Of a DNA stretch of 64,000 nt, positions 36,230-46,385 are shown one piece after another. The notes beneath the pieces were generated by a model. That model searched no databases, was not told the DNA's origin, and saw only the letters and a list, made by a program, of their open reading frames with translations. Location of the stretch: assembly GCA_036788695.1 (NCBI GenBank), contig DAIQMY010000004.1, forward strand, positions 8,136 through 72,135, read 5' to 3'. The stretch comes from Candidatus Levyibacteriota bacterium (GTDB lineage Bacteria > Patescibacteriota > Microgenomatia > Levybacterales > GWA1-39-11). The position numbers were made by a program, and so were the translations under genes. Within the stretch, counting starts at the first letter, position 1. The number at the start of each line of letters is the position of its first letter.

Positions 36230-37912
36230 CTATCTCCAGAAATAGTAAAAAGGAGCGCTTTTTGATTTATTAACGGTGATTTCATTTGTTGCTGAGTTGT
36301 TATTTTGATCATACGCAACTACTTTGATTTTGTGTCCACCTTTCGATACGTTTTTTGTGTTCCACGAATAAGTAAATGGTTGTTGAGTATCAATTCTGTT
36401 TAATTTTCCATCAATATAAAACTCTACCACTGAAACCTTTTTATTGTCAGTGGCACTTGTTTGGATTGTAGTTGTATTTTTAGATATGAAAGAATTGTTT
36501 GCGGGGTTTAAAATTGCTATTTTAGGCGCTTGGGTATCAGCCGTTACGGGAGTTGCAGTAGGAAAAAGAGTTGGAATTGCGGTTGCCGTTGGGATTTTAG
36601 GTGTTGCTGTGGGTCTAGGTGTTGCAGTAGGAGTGGGTGTGTTAAGAGGTTTTTGGGTGATGGTTGGTGTAGGGTTTTGTATGGCTGCGGTTGGGGTAGG
36701 CGTTGCAGTAGAGGTGGGAAGCAATAAATTGAAAGTGAACGGTCTTCTGTACATTGTGTGATAGGAAGTGTTATGTTGTCCCTTTGAGTAGTATAGATAT
36801 CCAGTTTGGTTAGTTTCCCACCCGCCGGGTGTATTTGGAGAAATGAGAGTGGCATAGTAATACCATATATCTCCCGTTGCCAGATTCCCAAGATTTTTGG
36901 GGAATGTAATCGGAACCATTTGCGGTGTATCAAAAAAAATTCCATCAGTAGAAAGTGCAGTATAGAAGCCATTTGATGCCTGGAATAAAAGTAGGTATCT
37001 GTTAAGGTACGTATTAAAGCTGATATTTGCAAGAGAAACAAATACGCTCTCAGAAACAGGTTCAGGACGAGAAATAATAGGCGTACTTTCTCCTCCTAAG
37101 CCTGGAGTAGAAAAGTCTCCGTTGTGCCATTTTTTGTAATTTCCAGGTGTAGCGGCCACATTAAAGGGCGCGCGGGCAAGGTATATTTGATCAGGAGAAC
37201 CTGTGCTCCAATCTGTGTAGTATACATAGAGGTAATCTCCAATTTTTATAGCTGAAGGTTGGCCAGCTCCACTTACGCGTGGTTTGTCACAACTTGTGTT
37301 ATGTGTTCTACCTGTAATTATTGCACCTTTTCGAGTCCATGATATTCCTCCGTCAGTAGATGTTGCTACTCCAACGGTTGCGGTGTAAGGATTATTAGGC
37401 TTTCCCGGGCAATGATGTTCTGCATGATAAATCCCGATTAGTTCTCCTGGGTTTTGACTTGGGAGCACACTTCCAAAGCCAACATAGTCTGCATCAAATT
37501 CAGTACCACCAGGATTACTTGGCAAAAAAACAGGAATAGGATTTCCATTTGATGTTCTTCCCTGAGGGGTTAGACTATTTAAATCTTGCCCACTATACCT
37601 ATAAGATCTAACCTCAGAGGTAACCCAAAGCTTTGTACCATTCGTATCTTTTATCATTGAAAGCGTTGTATCTGGCCAACTCCCTAACAATTCATTTGGA
37701 ATGTTTGGGAAGCCTGCTTCCTCAGTTCCTAAAGTCATTGTATAAGGTATGCTGCTTTGTGCTGGAGCTCTATAGTCAAAGAGATGACGAGTTTTTAAGA
37801 GAGTATATGTTCCAATACCTAAAATTGCCAGAGCTATAAGAGGGAAGAAAGGATTGCCAATGACTGCGTGAAGTGAAAATTTTTTCTTTTTCCTTTGGAT
37901 AACTTTCACCAT
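36230..37912 (-). CDS. secreted BNR/Asp-box beta-propeller protein with PT linker and C-terminal Ig-like domain
   Basis: Asp-box STDGGISW; second weak Asp-box LSTDGIFF; (P/T)-rich linker; C-terminal beta-sandwich-like domain. Confidence 0.45.
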   Translation of the reverse strand: MVKVIQRKKKKFSLHAVIGNPFFPLIALAILGIGTYTLLKTRHLFDYRAPAQSSIPYTMTLGTEEAGFPNIPNELLGSWPDTTLSMIKDTNGTKLWVTSEVRSYRYSGQDLNSLTPQGRTSNGNPIPVFLPSNPGGTEFDADYVGFGSVLPSQNPGELIGIYHAEHHCPGKPNNPYTATVGVATSTDGGISWTRKGAIITGRTHNTSCDKPRVSGAGQPSAIKIGDYLYVYYTDWSTGSPDQIYLARAPFNVAATPGNYKKWHNGDFSTPGLGGESTPIISRPEPVSESVFVSLANISFNTYLNRYLLLFQASNGFYTALSTDGIFFDTPQMVPITFPKNLGNLATGDIWYYYATLISPNTPGGWETNQTGYLYYSKGQHNTSYHTMYRRPFTFNLLLPTSTATPTPTAAIQNPTPTITQKPLNTPTPTATPRPTATPKIPTATAIPTLFPTATPVTADTQAPKIAILNPANNSFISKNTTTIQTSATDNKKVSVVEFYIDGKLNRIDTQQPFTYSWNTKNVSKGGHKIKVVAYDQNNNSATNEITVNKSKSAPFYYFWR

Positions 37913-37939
37913 GACTTAAGCGTATGATTTGACAGGGTC

Positions 37940-37977
37940 ACTTGTCAAGTGTATTTTAAAAATGTCTCTTGACAAGT
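37940..37977. promoter_or_regulatory. inverted repeat CACTTGTCAAG-N16-CTTGACAAGTG in a divergent intergenic region containing TTGACA boxes
   Basis: 11-bp perfect arms; lies between the divergent genes 36230..37912(-) and 37984..38559(+). Confidence 0.3.
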
Positions 37978-37983
37978 GAATGA

Positions 37984-38559
37984 ATGATTGGCAATAATGA
38001 ATATATGCCAAAAACTGCCACTCACGAAACGCTACGTCATCACCACAATTTATTACTTCTTTGTATACTTGCTTTATTTGTGATTCTTGGAATTTTAGCG
38101 TTTAAGTATTTAACTGTAAAGAATGAATGGCGCGGGCATGCAGTTCAACTTCAGGGAGGAATCCAGAAATACCAGGATTTAGAGTCTATTGAAGAGGCAG
38201 GTATTATTGGTACAACCGTAACCTCATTTCCGCCCATTATTCCCCTTATTAAAATTCCCGGGCAACTACAGTCTTATATCGTATCAATTGGAGAGAAAAC
38301 GGGAAGAGATATAGTCGTAGTAGATAAAAATAAAACAATCTTAGCTGATACGAATCCTGCTGAAGTTGGACAGACGTATAATTTTGATACAAACGGGGAA
38401 ATTGCAAAGACTATGTTTGATGGAACTCCACGTTCGTTCACAGAAAAGAGTACTGCATATCCAGATGGAATTATCTTGGAGACAGTTCAGTTGAAAGACT
38501 CGAAAGGAACTATTATAGGAGCAATTCTTATTTCTCCCTCAAACGTATTCAGCAAATAA
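37984..38559 (+). CDS. membrane-anchored hypothetical protein
   Basis: Single N-terminal TM. Confidence 0.3.
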   Translation: MIGNNEYMPKTATHETLRHHHNLLLLCILALFVILGILAFKYLTVKNEWRGHAVQLQGGIQKYQDLESIEEAGIIGTTVTSFPPIIPLIKIPGQLQSYIVSIGEKTGRDIVVVDKNKTILADTNPAEVGQTYNFDTNGEIAKTMFDGTPRSFTEKSTAYPDGIILETVQLKDSKGTIIGAILISPSNVFSK

Positions 38560-38604
38560 TTTTCCTCTATACTCTAACAGTTAGCTTATGATACAATCCT
38601 TCAC

Positions 38605-39267
38605 ATGATTAGGGCAATATTATCAGCTGAAAAAATGGATTTGCTTGTGTCTGCGTATATATTCTGTATTGTTACCTCTGAGTTAATGGGAGCAAAAACT
38701 TTTCCTCTTGTAAATATTTTAGGATATCAGCTTAATGCGAGTATCGCGATATTTTTATTTCCTTTTATTTTTACAATTAATGACATTGTTGCGGAAGTGT
38801 ATGGAAAGGAACGCGCAAGAAGTATAGTAAGATCAGGAATTCTTGTTGTATTTCTCTTATTTCTTTTTACTATTCTCGCAACCTCTTTACCCCCATCTAT
38901 GAGATTTACAAAGAGTGAAACTGCATATGATACAGTTTTTAGCTTTTCAACAAGGCTTGCAGCCGCCTCGCTAATAGCATTAATAATTTCAGAATTTACA
39001 GATGTGTATATATTCTTAAAAATCAAAAAAAAATTAGGGAGTAAAGCTCTTTGGTTCCGGAATAACTTATCCAATGGTATTGCTCAATTGTTTGATACTA
39101 TTTTGTTTATAACGTTAGCTTTTTATGCCCTGGATAAACCTGTTTATGACAATATGATATTTCTCTCAAGCGTTATACTTCCATACTGGCTATTAAAGTG
39201 TTTTGCATCAGTAATTGAGACACCACTTGTGTACATTGGTGTTAAATGGCTGAGGACAAAAAAGTAA
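38605..39267 (+). CDS. queuosine-precursor transporter YhhQ family (DUF165)
   Basis: FPFIFTINDIVAEVYG and NNLSNGIAQLFDTILFITLAF align with YhhQ. Confidence 0.65.
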   Translation: MIRAILSAEKMDLLVSAYIFCIVTSELMGAKTFPLVNILGYQLNASIAIFLFPFIFTINDIVAEVYGKERARSIVRSGILVVFLLFLFTILATSLPPSMRFTKSETAYDTVFSFSTRLAAASLIALIISEFTDVYIFLKIKKKLGSKALWFRNNLSNGIAQLFDTILFITLAFYALDKPVYDNMIFLSSVILPYWLLKCFASVIETPLVYIGVKWLRTKK

Positions 39268-39806
39268 ACCTACCCTGCATGAATATTATTCTGCTAGCTG
39301 TATCCAGTATAAACGGGAAAATAACATCCGGTGGGAACTCCAATATTTACACGTGGACAAGTAAGGAAGATCAAGAAATATATTTTTCACATATTAACAA
39401 TGCGGAATTAATATGTATGGGATCAAAAACATATGATGCCGCAAAACATCTCATGGTGCATAGGAAAGGGCGAGTGAGAGTTGTCTTCACAAGGGATAAA
39501 TTAAAATACGAGAAGGACAGGATTCCAGGGATTCTTGAATTTACCTCTGATTCGCCAAAAAAAATTATAACAAAATACAAAAAAAAAGGCGTAAGGCAAG
39601 CGTTAGTTGTTGGGGGAGGGGAGATTAATTCACTATTCTTGGAGCAAAAGCTTATTTCTGAGATTCATCTTACTATAGAGCCTGTTATTTTCGGCAAAGG
39701 AAAGCTTTTTATTGAAGAAGTTGAAGTGTATGAGAGATTAAAGCTTATGGGTGTGAAAACTTTAAACAGTAACGGAACGGTTCAATTAATATATAAAGTG
39801 GTCTAG
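39246..39806 (+). CDS. RibD C-terminal-domain / DHFR-like reductase
   Basis: MNIILLAVSSINGKI...LVVGGGEINSLFLEQKLISEIHLTIEPVIFGKG. Confidence 0.5.
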   Translation: MAEDKKVNLPCMNIILLAVSSINGKITSGGNSNIYTWTSKEDQEIYFSHINNAELICMGSKTYDAAKHLMVHRKGRVRVVFTRDKLKYEKDRIPGILEFTSDSPKKIITKYKKKGVRQALVVGGGEINSLFLEQKLISEIHLTIEPVIFGKGKLFIEEVEVYERLKLMGVKTLNSNGTVQLIYKVV

Positions 39807-39810
39807 TTTA

Positions 39811-41403
39811 GTGGGATCATATTTGATTAAATGTATTAATATGAAGAATGTACTTCAATTGATTGGTATCTCCTTGGTTTTGCTTCCATTCTATTTTTTT
39901 CTTTATAAAATATTTTCAGTACGAGCTTTATCATTTGGTTGTTTTGATGATTGTGGAAATTATATGGCAGGGTATTTCATGAATCAGGGTAGGGTGCTGT
40001 ATTCAGAAATATTTTACAACCATATTATGGGAGCAGCATGGCTATCATATTTTATTCAAAAATTTCATAATTCAATAAATATTTATGATCTTGTTCTTGT
40101 TCATCGTCAGGTAATACTATTTATTTCTTTTTTGTTTAGTATTATTTTTATAAAAAGGTTTGGGTGGTTGGGATTATTATTTATTATAGTATATGAATTA
40201 AGCAAATTTTATTTCTTTGGTGATAGATTTTTAGCTGAATCAATAGTTGTGTTTGCTGCGTCCTATTTGGTGGGCGTACTTTTTTACAAATATCAGTATA
40301 AGAAGTTAATTACGTTTGATATATTCTTTTCTGGTTTCTTGGCATTTCTAATTGTTTTTTTACGCGAACCATATATACCGCTCGCGCTGTTTTTATACAT
40401 GGCAATTTTATTTGGAAAACAATATAGGGGGAAAAAGATTGGATCAGTTCTCATATTTCTATTTTTAATTCTTATTGTTGTAGTGAATACTCCAATGAAC
40501 GATTTTATTTTTAACGATTTTACTGTTAATATGCAGACCGCAATTAAAGGTGAAATAGGTAAGAATAATACATTTGGTGTGGGAATCATTCAGGTTTTTT
40601 TGTATCCGGTCTTTACTTTTTTTTATGGAAAAATCAATGCGTTGCGTTTTTTTGAAATTGCGTTAAGTACTGCGTTTCTTTATGGAATAGTTTTTGCATA
40701 TTTTAAAAAAGGGAAAAAATTGCTAGTACTACTGCTTATAATTTCTCTAGCACTTGCGAATATACGAGTAACGCCCCCAGGAACAGTATATTATGAGGCG
40801 TATCATATGCTTGTCTGGTATGGTATGTTTGTTTTTATCACCTTGGCTCTCCTTAAGCTACTGCTAAAGAAATCTAAAAGAATGGGAATTGGTTTTTCTG
40901 TTATGCTTTGTCTTTCATGGTTATATTTGATTTTTTCTCCTAATGCATATTTATATGACAAAATAGACCTTCAGGAGCAATTACTTACAAACTTTGGCAA
41001 TGATATGAACATAGGGAACGTTATTAATCACCTGTCAAATTCATCAGACACATTATTTTTAGATGGGGGAGATGATATGATTTATTGGGTATCAAAAAGA
41101 AATTCTCCGTATAAATATAGTCTATACACAGGTGTAATGCCACAGATACCGCTATACAAAAAAGCACGGCTCGCAATGTTTAGATCTAATCCTCCTGATT
41201 TTTTCTATGATTTTTGTTCGCCAAGCGCGCCATACAATACCCAAATTCCGTCTTTTATAAAGCCTTCATACACACAACTTCTTTATAATGGAAAACCTAG
41301 CTGTTTATACATTAAAAATGAAAAAATTAAAAAAATAAGTCCTGCTCAGTGGGAAGAGGCAAAAAAAGGGTTTTTTGAGTTATCTCTTAGCGGTAATAAA
41401 TGA
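39811..41403 (+). CDS. large polytopic membrane protein (530 aa), unknown function
   Basis: More than 10 predicted TM segments. Confidence 0.35.
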   Translation: MGSYLIKCINMKNVLQLIGISLVLLPFYFFLYKIFSVRALSFGCFDDCGNYMAGYFMNQGRVLYSEIFYNHIMGAAWLSYFIQKFHNSINIYDLVLVHRQVILFISFLFSIIFIKRFGWLGLLFIIVYELSKFYFFGDRFLAESIVVFAASYLVGVLFYKYQYKKLITFDIFFSGFLAFLIVFLREPYIPLALFLYMAILFGKQYRGKKIGSVLIFLFLILIVVVNTPMNDFIFNDFTVNMQTAIKGEIGKNNTFGVGIIQVFLYPVFTFFYGKINALRFFEIALSTAFLYGIVFAYFKKGKKLLVLLLIISLALANIRVTPPGTVYYEAYHMLVWYGMFVFITLALLKLLLKKSKRMGIGFSVMLCLSWLYLIFSPNAYLYDKIDLQEQLLTNFGNDMNIGNVINHLSNSSDTLFLDGGDDMIYWVSKRNSPYKYSLYTGVMPQIPLYKKARLAMFRSNPPDFFYDFCSPSAPYNTQIPSFIKPSYTQLLYNGKPSCLYIKNEKIKKISPAQWEEAKKGFFELSLSGNK

Positions 41404-41441
41404 GAAAAGTTTTGGTATAAGCTGTTCAATTGAAATAGCTC

Positions 41442-41933
41442 TTGAACTTTTTTGTAGCGTGTATAGAATTATTATATATGAGAAAAATAGTTGATGACAT
41501 TTGGGATAAGAAAATCATACCTTTTATATCCTCATGGTATCTCATTTTTGCACGAATTTCCCTATTTATTATTTATTTTTATTTCGGACTCATTAAGATT
41601 ATTGGAAACTCATCAGCGGAGCCACTTGTGTATGCACTAGAGCGTCAAACTATTCCGTTTATTCCATTTAATACATTTTATCTATCTTTCTCTCTTTTTG
41701 AGATGTTGATTGGAGTATTATTTTTATTTCCTCGTGCAACTAGGCTCGTATTTATTTTGTTTACAATTCATATCACAACTACAATGATGCCGCTTTTTAT
41801 TTTACCTGCGTATTCATGGCAAAACGCATTTACACCAACTATAGAGGGTCAATATATGATTAAGAATCTGGTGCTTATTGCGCTTGTGTGTAGTATTCTA
41901 GTTAATACAAAAACGAAAAAGAGGAGAGGATAA
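41442..41933 (+). CDS. membrane hypothetical protein
   Basis: 4 TM. Confidence 0.3.
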   Translation: MNFFVACIELLYMRKIVDDIWDKKIIPFISSWYLIFARISLFIIYFYFGLIKIIGNSSAEPLVYALERQTIPFIPFNTFYLSFSLFEMLIGVLFLFPRATRLVFILFTIHITTTMMPLFILPAYSWQNAFTPTIEGQYMIKNLVLIALVCSILVNTKTKKRRG

Positions 41934-41938
41934 TCTTC

Positions 41939-42487
41939 TTAACGCTTCTTCGCAAAGAATTTCCCTTTTTTCCATGGTGTTCCAAGATAAGGAAGGATAA
42001 ACCTATCTAGTCCATAAAATCCAGCAACTCGCCACGCAAGAATTAAAAATAATTGAAGCAGAAGCAGGAGTGGATTTGTGCTTACGGTACCGGCAAATAA
42101 GTAGTTGAGGTTCATAAACGCACCAAAGAAAGCAGCAATTCCAGTAAATGCGCCTAGTATAAGTGCAAGCCCCACAAGCAGTTCGCCTATCGCGACTGCA
42201 TTTGAAAATGGTACAACGTTTGGAAGAACCACAACCTTGAGAAATGATGCATACCATTCACTTACGTCAGGGTGCATGCCTGATGTCTTATCAAGCGATC
42301 CCAGAACGAATCCATAAAGGGGTTTTCCAGCTTGCGGACCTACCCATGAGGGGTTATTTATTTTTGCCCACCCTGCAAGAAGCCATTCCCAACCTACGTA
42401 TACTCGAATAATAAACCACACCCATGAAATTTTTGTGTCTGAGAAAAGAAACTTAGAAAGCTTTGGCTCTGGTATGATAGTAGACAT
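41939..42487 (-). CDS. DoxX-family membrane protein
   Basis: WVWFIIRVYVGWEWLLAGWAKI. Confidence 0.5.
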   Translation of the reverse strand: MSTIIPEPKLSKFLFSDTKISWVWFIIRVYVGWEWLLAGWAKINNPSWVGPQAGKPLYGFVLGSLDKTSGMHPDVSEWYASFLKVVVLPNVVPFSNAVAIGELLVGLALILGAFTGIAAFFGAFMNLNYLFAGTVSTNPLLLLLQLFLILAWRVAGFYGLDRFILPYLGTPWKKGKFFAKKR

Positions 42488-42552
42488 ACAATTTAGTATT
42501 TCAGTTAAAGCGATTTGGTTAAATGGTTTGTATCACACATTCTGTAAGATAA

Positions 42553-44205
42553 TTACCAGTTAGTTCTTAGATGATCCATGGCATAAGACAAGGTTCCCCC
42601 TATTTTTTTCCTTGGGTTGAAAATATTCTGTGGGTCAAAAATATTTTTTGTTTCGGAGAACAGATTATATATTTTTTCTCCATACATTTGTTTTAAGTAA
42701 GGCGTTCTTATAAGCCCATCATTATGCTCCCCCGTAATGGATCCGTGATATGAAATGATTACGTCATATACCTGTCGGGAAATTTCAGGAATGGCACGCC
42801 TTACTGAGGGGTTTGTAATATCGACTAAGGGAATAATATGGAAATTTCCATCTCCTACATGTCCTGCTACGGTAAAAATAAATTCTTTGTGTTTCTTTAT
42901 GATGCTAACGACTTTCGGGAGTACTTCGGCAATATATTCTGGGCGAATTACGAAGTCGTCAATAAATGGTGCAGTGTGTTTATTTTTTATTTTTTGTCGT
43001 AAGAGGTTAAAGCTTTCTCGTCTTATAAGCCAGTATTTTTGTTCCTGATTTTCAATTGCTATTTTTGATTTAGGATGGAGTGGAGCAAGCTTCTGTTTTA
43101 ATGAGATGATTTTTTGCTTTAATTCTTCCGCGTCATTTCCAGTAAAGTCTATCTGTAGAACTAGCTTGGGTAGTCCTCCACGGGCAACCATCATAAACTC
43201 CGGTAGAAATGCAATCCCTGTGCCTAGAATACCTTTTGCCCCTAATTTTTTTGCAAATTCCGGGAAGTACTTTAACGCAAGTTTTAAGGTATTATCATCA
43301 TAAGATTCAAAACTTTCAGGATGTTCAGACATTACAATTTTTATAATATCCCCTAAATGTGAAAGATCATGCAAGAACAGTATCATCATTTCTCTGTGCA
43401 TATGAATGGGGACTAGGTCAATTTTCGCCTCAAGCAACATCCCGAGTGTTCCTTGCGCACCAACCCAAAGTTTAGAAAGATCAAATGTTTTTTCATCCTT
43501 GTTATACACATTCCATAAATTATATCCCGCGGAGTTTTTTGATACTTTAGGTTCTGCTTCTTCTATGTCCGTATAATTTTTATCAATCAAATGAAACATT
43601 TTTTTATAAATCTCTCCTTCTAAATTTTTTTGTAGCATCTTTTTCTTGAGCATATCTTCTGATATTTTGTGAAAGTTATAGATGTTCCCGTCTCGTAAAA
43701 CTACCTTTACATTTCGCACGTATTTTTCAGTTTTTCCGTAGTATAAAGACTTTTCTCCACCAGAGTTATTATTTACAATACCACCCATAGCACAAATTTC
43801 ACGGGATGCTGGGTATGAAGGGAAAATAAGTCCTTCTCGCATTGTCTCTTTTTCAAAATCCCTATAAAAAACTCCCGGTTCTGTTATTGCTATTCTGTCA
43901 TCTATTATGGGTGTGTGATTAAAATATCTTCCGAAAGCAACAATTATTGAGTCATTTATGCTTCCCCCACCCATGTCAGTTCCACCGGATCTTGCGGTTA
44001 GTGATAGAGTAGGGTGATTTTTTTTGTTATTCTCAACAAATGCTACTAGGCTTGCAACATCCTTTTCATTTTTAGGGAAAACAACAATTTGCGGTTTCAC
44101 TTCAAATAAGCTTGCATCATGCGAGTATTCAGTAAGCGTAGCAGGATCATTTTCTATATCTCCGTTAAAAACTTTTCTAAGCTCATTTATTAAATTCTCA
44201 TCCAT
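42553..44205 (-). CDS. FAD-linked oxidase (FAD_binding_4 plus FAD-oxidase_C; GlcD/D-lactate dehydrogenase-like)
   Basis: TARSGGTDMGGGSINDSIIV; C-terminal GHVGDGNFHIIP. Confidence 0.7.
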   Translation of the reverse strand: MDENLINELRKVFNGDIENDPATLTEYSHDASLFEVKPQIVVFPKNEKDVASLVAFVENNKKNHPTLSLTARSGGTDMGGGSINDSIIVAFGRYFNHTPIIDDRIAITEPGVFYRDFEKETMREGLIFPSYPASREICAMGGIVNNNSGGEKSLYYGKTEKYVRNVKVVLRDGNIYNFHKISEDMLKKKMLQKNLEGEIYKKMFHLIDKNYTDIEEAEPKVSKNSAGYNLWNVYNKDEKTFDLSKLWVGAQGTLGMLLEAKIDLVPIHMHREMMILFLHDLSHLGDIIKIVMSEHPESFESYDDNTLKLALKYFPEFAKKLGAKGILGTGIAFLPEFMMVARGGLPKLVLQIDFTGNDAEELKQKIISLKQKLAPLHPKSKIAIENQEQKYWLIRRESFNLLRQKIKNKHTAPFIDDFVIRPEYIAEVLPKVVSIIKKHKEFIFTVAGHVGDGNFHIIPLVDITNPSVRRAIPEISRQVYDVIISYHGSITGEHNDGLIRTPYLKQMYGEKIYNLFSETKNIFDPQNIFNPRKKIGGTLSYAMDHLRTNW

Positions 44206-44319
44206 ATATTAATTTATACATAAATAGGCTATTGATGCAACACTTTTAGAATTTCCCGGTGCTGTAATCTATTTCTTGTTATATTGATTCTTTGTTTACG
44301 TTTCATTTATGATTAATAT

Positions 44320-44973
44320 ATGTCGCAAGTAATTGCTGAAGAGCGAAAAATAGAGGAAGACATCGAGAATATAATAGATGAAAATAGAGTGGTTAACTTC
44401 TCTGATGCAGTTTTTGCTTTTGCCGCGACTCTTCTTGTATTAAAAATTGATATTCCACAAATAAACTCTGGTTTTGTCGAGGCACAGCTCACGAGTTCTT
44501 TAGTTGCCTTATGGCCACAATATCTTGCGAATATTATCTCATTTTTGATAATTGGATATTATTGGTTAACCCATCATATTGTTTTTGGGTTATTAAGAAA
44601 ACTCAACAGAACAGTAGTTTGGTTAAACATAGTTTTTCTTATTCTTGTTTCCTTTATTCCATTTCCCGTTGACCTATACGGAGATTTTCATACGGTTCCA
44701 ATGGTGGTAGTTTTTTATTCGGCAAGTCTTGCGTTGGTGGGGTATATGCTTGCGGTCATTTGGTGGTATGCATCAACGAATAACAAACTTATCAGTCCAG
44801 AAATGACTAAGAGAAAAATAGCATTTATCACATCAAAAGTACTGGTTGCTCCTGTAGTTTTTACACTATCTATTCCGTTAGTATATTTTCATCCGCTTGC
44901 GGCTCAAGCATCATGGATTTTTATTATTTTGGGTGTACTCGTGATTAACAAGAAGTTTCCATACAGAGAATAA
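44320..44973 (+). CDS. TMEM175-like (DUF1211) membrane channel protein
   Basis: RVVNFSDAVFAFAATLLVLKI matches the RxxxFSDGVFAIAITLLVLEI helix-1 signature. Confidence 0.55.
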   Translation: MSQVIAEERKIEEDIENIIDENRVVNFSDAVFAFAATLLVLKIDIPQINSGFVEAQLTSSLVALWPQYLANIISFLIIGYYWLTHHIVFGLLRKLNRTVVWLNIVFLILVSFIPFPVDLYGDFHTVPMVVVFYSASLALVGYMLAVIWWYASTNNKLISPEMTKRKIAFITSKVLVAPVVFTLSIPLVYFHPLAAQASWIFIILGVLVINKKFPYRE

Positions 44974-44991
44974 TTGATACTGACCTCTTAC

Positions 44992-45660
44992 TTATTGAAT
45001 AAGAGAGATGGCACGGGAGGCTACCATTCCAATAATGATAAGTGATATTGTTGCTTCCACCATCATCAGCGTCTTAACGCGTTTTGTAAGTGGCAGGGTG
45101 TCTGCAGGTGAAAATCCAGTGCTTGTAAAAAAGGAGAAAAAAACATAATCTAGAAATTTCGGCTTAAAATTTTCCCATCCTGAGATTTTTGACTGATACT
45201 GAGGAAAAAGCAGATCATATCGTGTTTCATCTTTTGCCAACTCACGAGCAACAGGTCCATTTCTGTCTATTATCCAATACCACAGTGAAAAAACTAACAG
45301 GCTTGATACCCAAATAATTAAAGCGTCCAACAATATTGCTTCCCCATTTTGACTTATCTGCTTGTTTAAAATAAGCTCAACTAAATTTACAAAAATGTGG
45401 TATGTCATAAAGGCAAGAAGTCCCATGAAGATCCACCGTAGAAACTTGCCCTTTTTAAGAATTATCCCAAAACAGCTAGCGATGATATAGAGAAGGTATA
45501 CGCCAAAAGAAAGAGGAACGCTGGTAAAAAAAGTATAAATATTTTCATTTTTGTCAGAGAGATTAGCAAGTAATATATTATTAAGAACTGCAATTGCGAG
45601 TATGACTGCAAATATCTTAAATTCAACAGAAAGAATATTTTTCCCGCCTATTTTTGGCAT
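44992..45660 (-). CDS. ion-channel-like membrane protein with degenerate K-channel-type pore segment
   Basis: LDYVFFSFFTSTGFSPADTLP parallels the canonical FDYVYFSFVTLTTVGYGDIVP pore helix and filter; here the filter reads TSTGFS. Confidence 0.35.
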   Translation of the reverse strand: MPKIGGKNILSVEFKIFAVILAIAVLNNILLANLSDKNENIYTFFTSVPLSFGVYLLYIIASCFGIILKKGKFLRWIFMGLLAFMTYHIFVNLVELILNKQISQNGEAILLDALIIWVSSLLVFSLWYWIIDRNGPVARELAKDETRYDLLFPQYQSKISGWENFKPKFLDYVFFSFFTSTGFSPADTLPLTKRVKTLMMVEATISLIIIGMVASRAISLIQ

Positions 45661-45696
45661 ATATTAATAATTACAAAAATTTGATGAAAAAGAAAG

Positions 45697-46308
45697 GTGT
45701 ATAATAATGGTATGTTTTTGTGCCCAATGCATCCTGAGGTGACCTCAGACAAGCCTGGTAAGTGCCCCAAGTGCGGAATGGATCTTGCGAAAAATCATGG
45801 GGGAAAGAAAGGAAAAGGTGAGGAGTTTGTAGAACGTGCCAGTTACAATCCGTTGCTTACTATAATAGGAATAATTTTTGCTACATCAATTCTTACTACA
45901 TTTCCTCATTTTGAAATTACACTCATTCTTGAGAATTTTATGATAGGCTTTTTCTTAGTTTTTGCCACATTCAAATTAATTGATTTGAAGGGTTTTGCTC
46001 AAGGCTATAAAACATATGATCTTCTTGCGAAAAAAGTTAGCTTTTATGGTTATATATATCCCTTTATTGAGTTATTGATTGGGTTTGTGATGATTTTAGG
46101 ATTATTTCTGCGAGAAGTACTTGTATTTGAGATAATAATTATGATGTTCTCCGGATTAGGAGTTGCTATAAAACTACTAAAACACGAAAAATTTCAGTGT
46201 GTGTGTCTCGGAACCTTTTTAAAGGTTCCATTAACAAAGATAACCCTTATTGAAGATTTTGGTATGGCATTTCTTGGGTTTGTACTTTTGTTGATGTCTT
46301 ATTTGTAA
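45697..46308 (+). CDS. heavy-metal-binding domain (CPMHP...CPKCGM) fused to a 4-TM membrane domain
   Basis: N-terminus FLCPMHPEVTSDKPGKCPKCGMDL is the HMBD motif known from CusB-type proteins. Confidence 0.45.
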   Translation: MYNNGMFLCPMHPEVTSDKPGKCPKCGMDLAKNHGGKKGKGEEFVERASYNPLLTIIGIIFATSILTTFPHFEITLILENFMIGFFLVFATFKLIDLKGFAQGYKTYDLLAKKVSFYGYIYPFIELLIGFVMILGLFLREVLVFEIIIMMFSGLGVAIKLLKHEKFQCVCLGTFLKVPLTKITLIEDFGMAFLGFVLLLMSYL

Positions 46309-46385
46309 TTACATACTTCTTACCTTCTTTTTATTTTTCTCTTACCACATACCTGTAGATTTAAGTAATTCAAAAAAGAAGGGGG

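Noticed and set aside
36444-37041. ORFs 36444..36761(+), 36530..36727(+) and 36544..37041(-)
   Set aside because: Alternative-frame or antisense artefacts of the PT-linker region of the 36230..37912 gene.
42003-43303. Short ORFs on both strands inside the DoxX and FAD-oxidase genes (42003..42257, 42105..42317, 42755..43048, 43106..43303)
   Set aside because: Nested in well-supported longer genes; no independent support.
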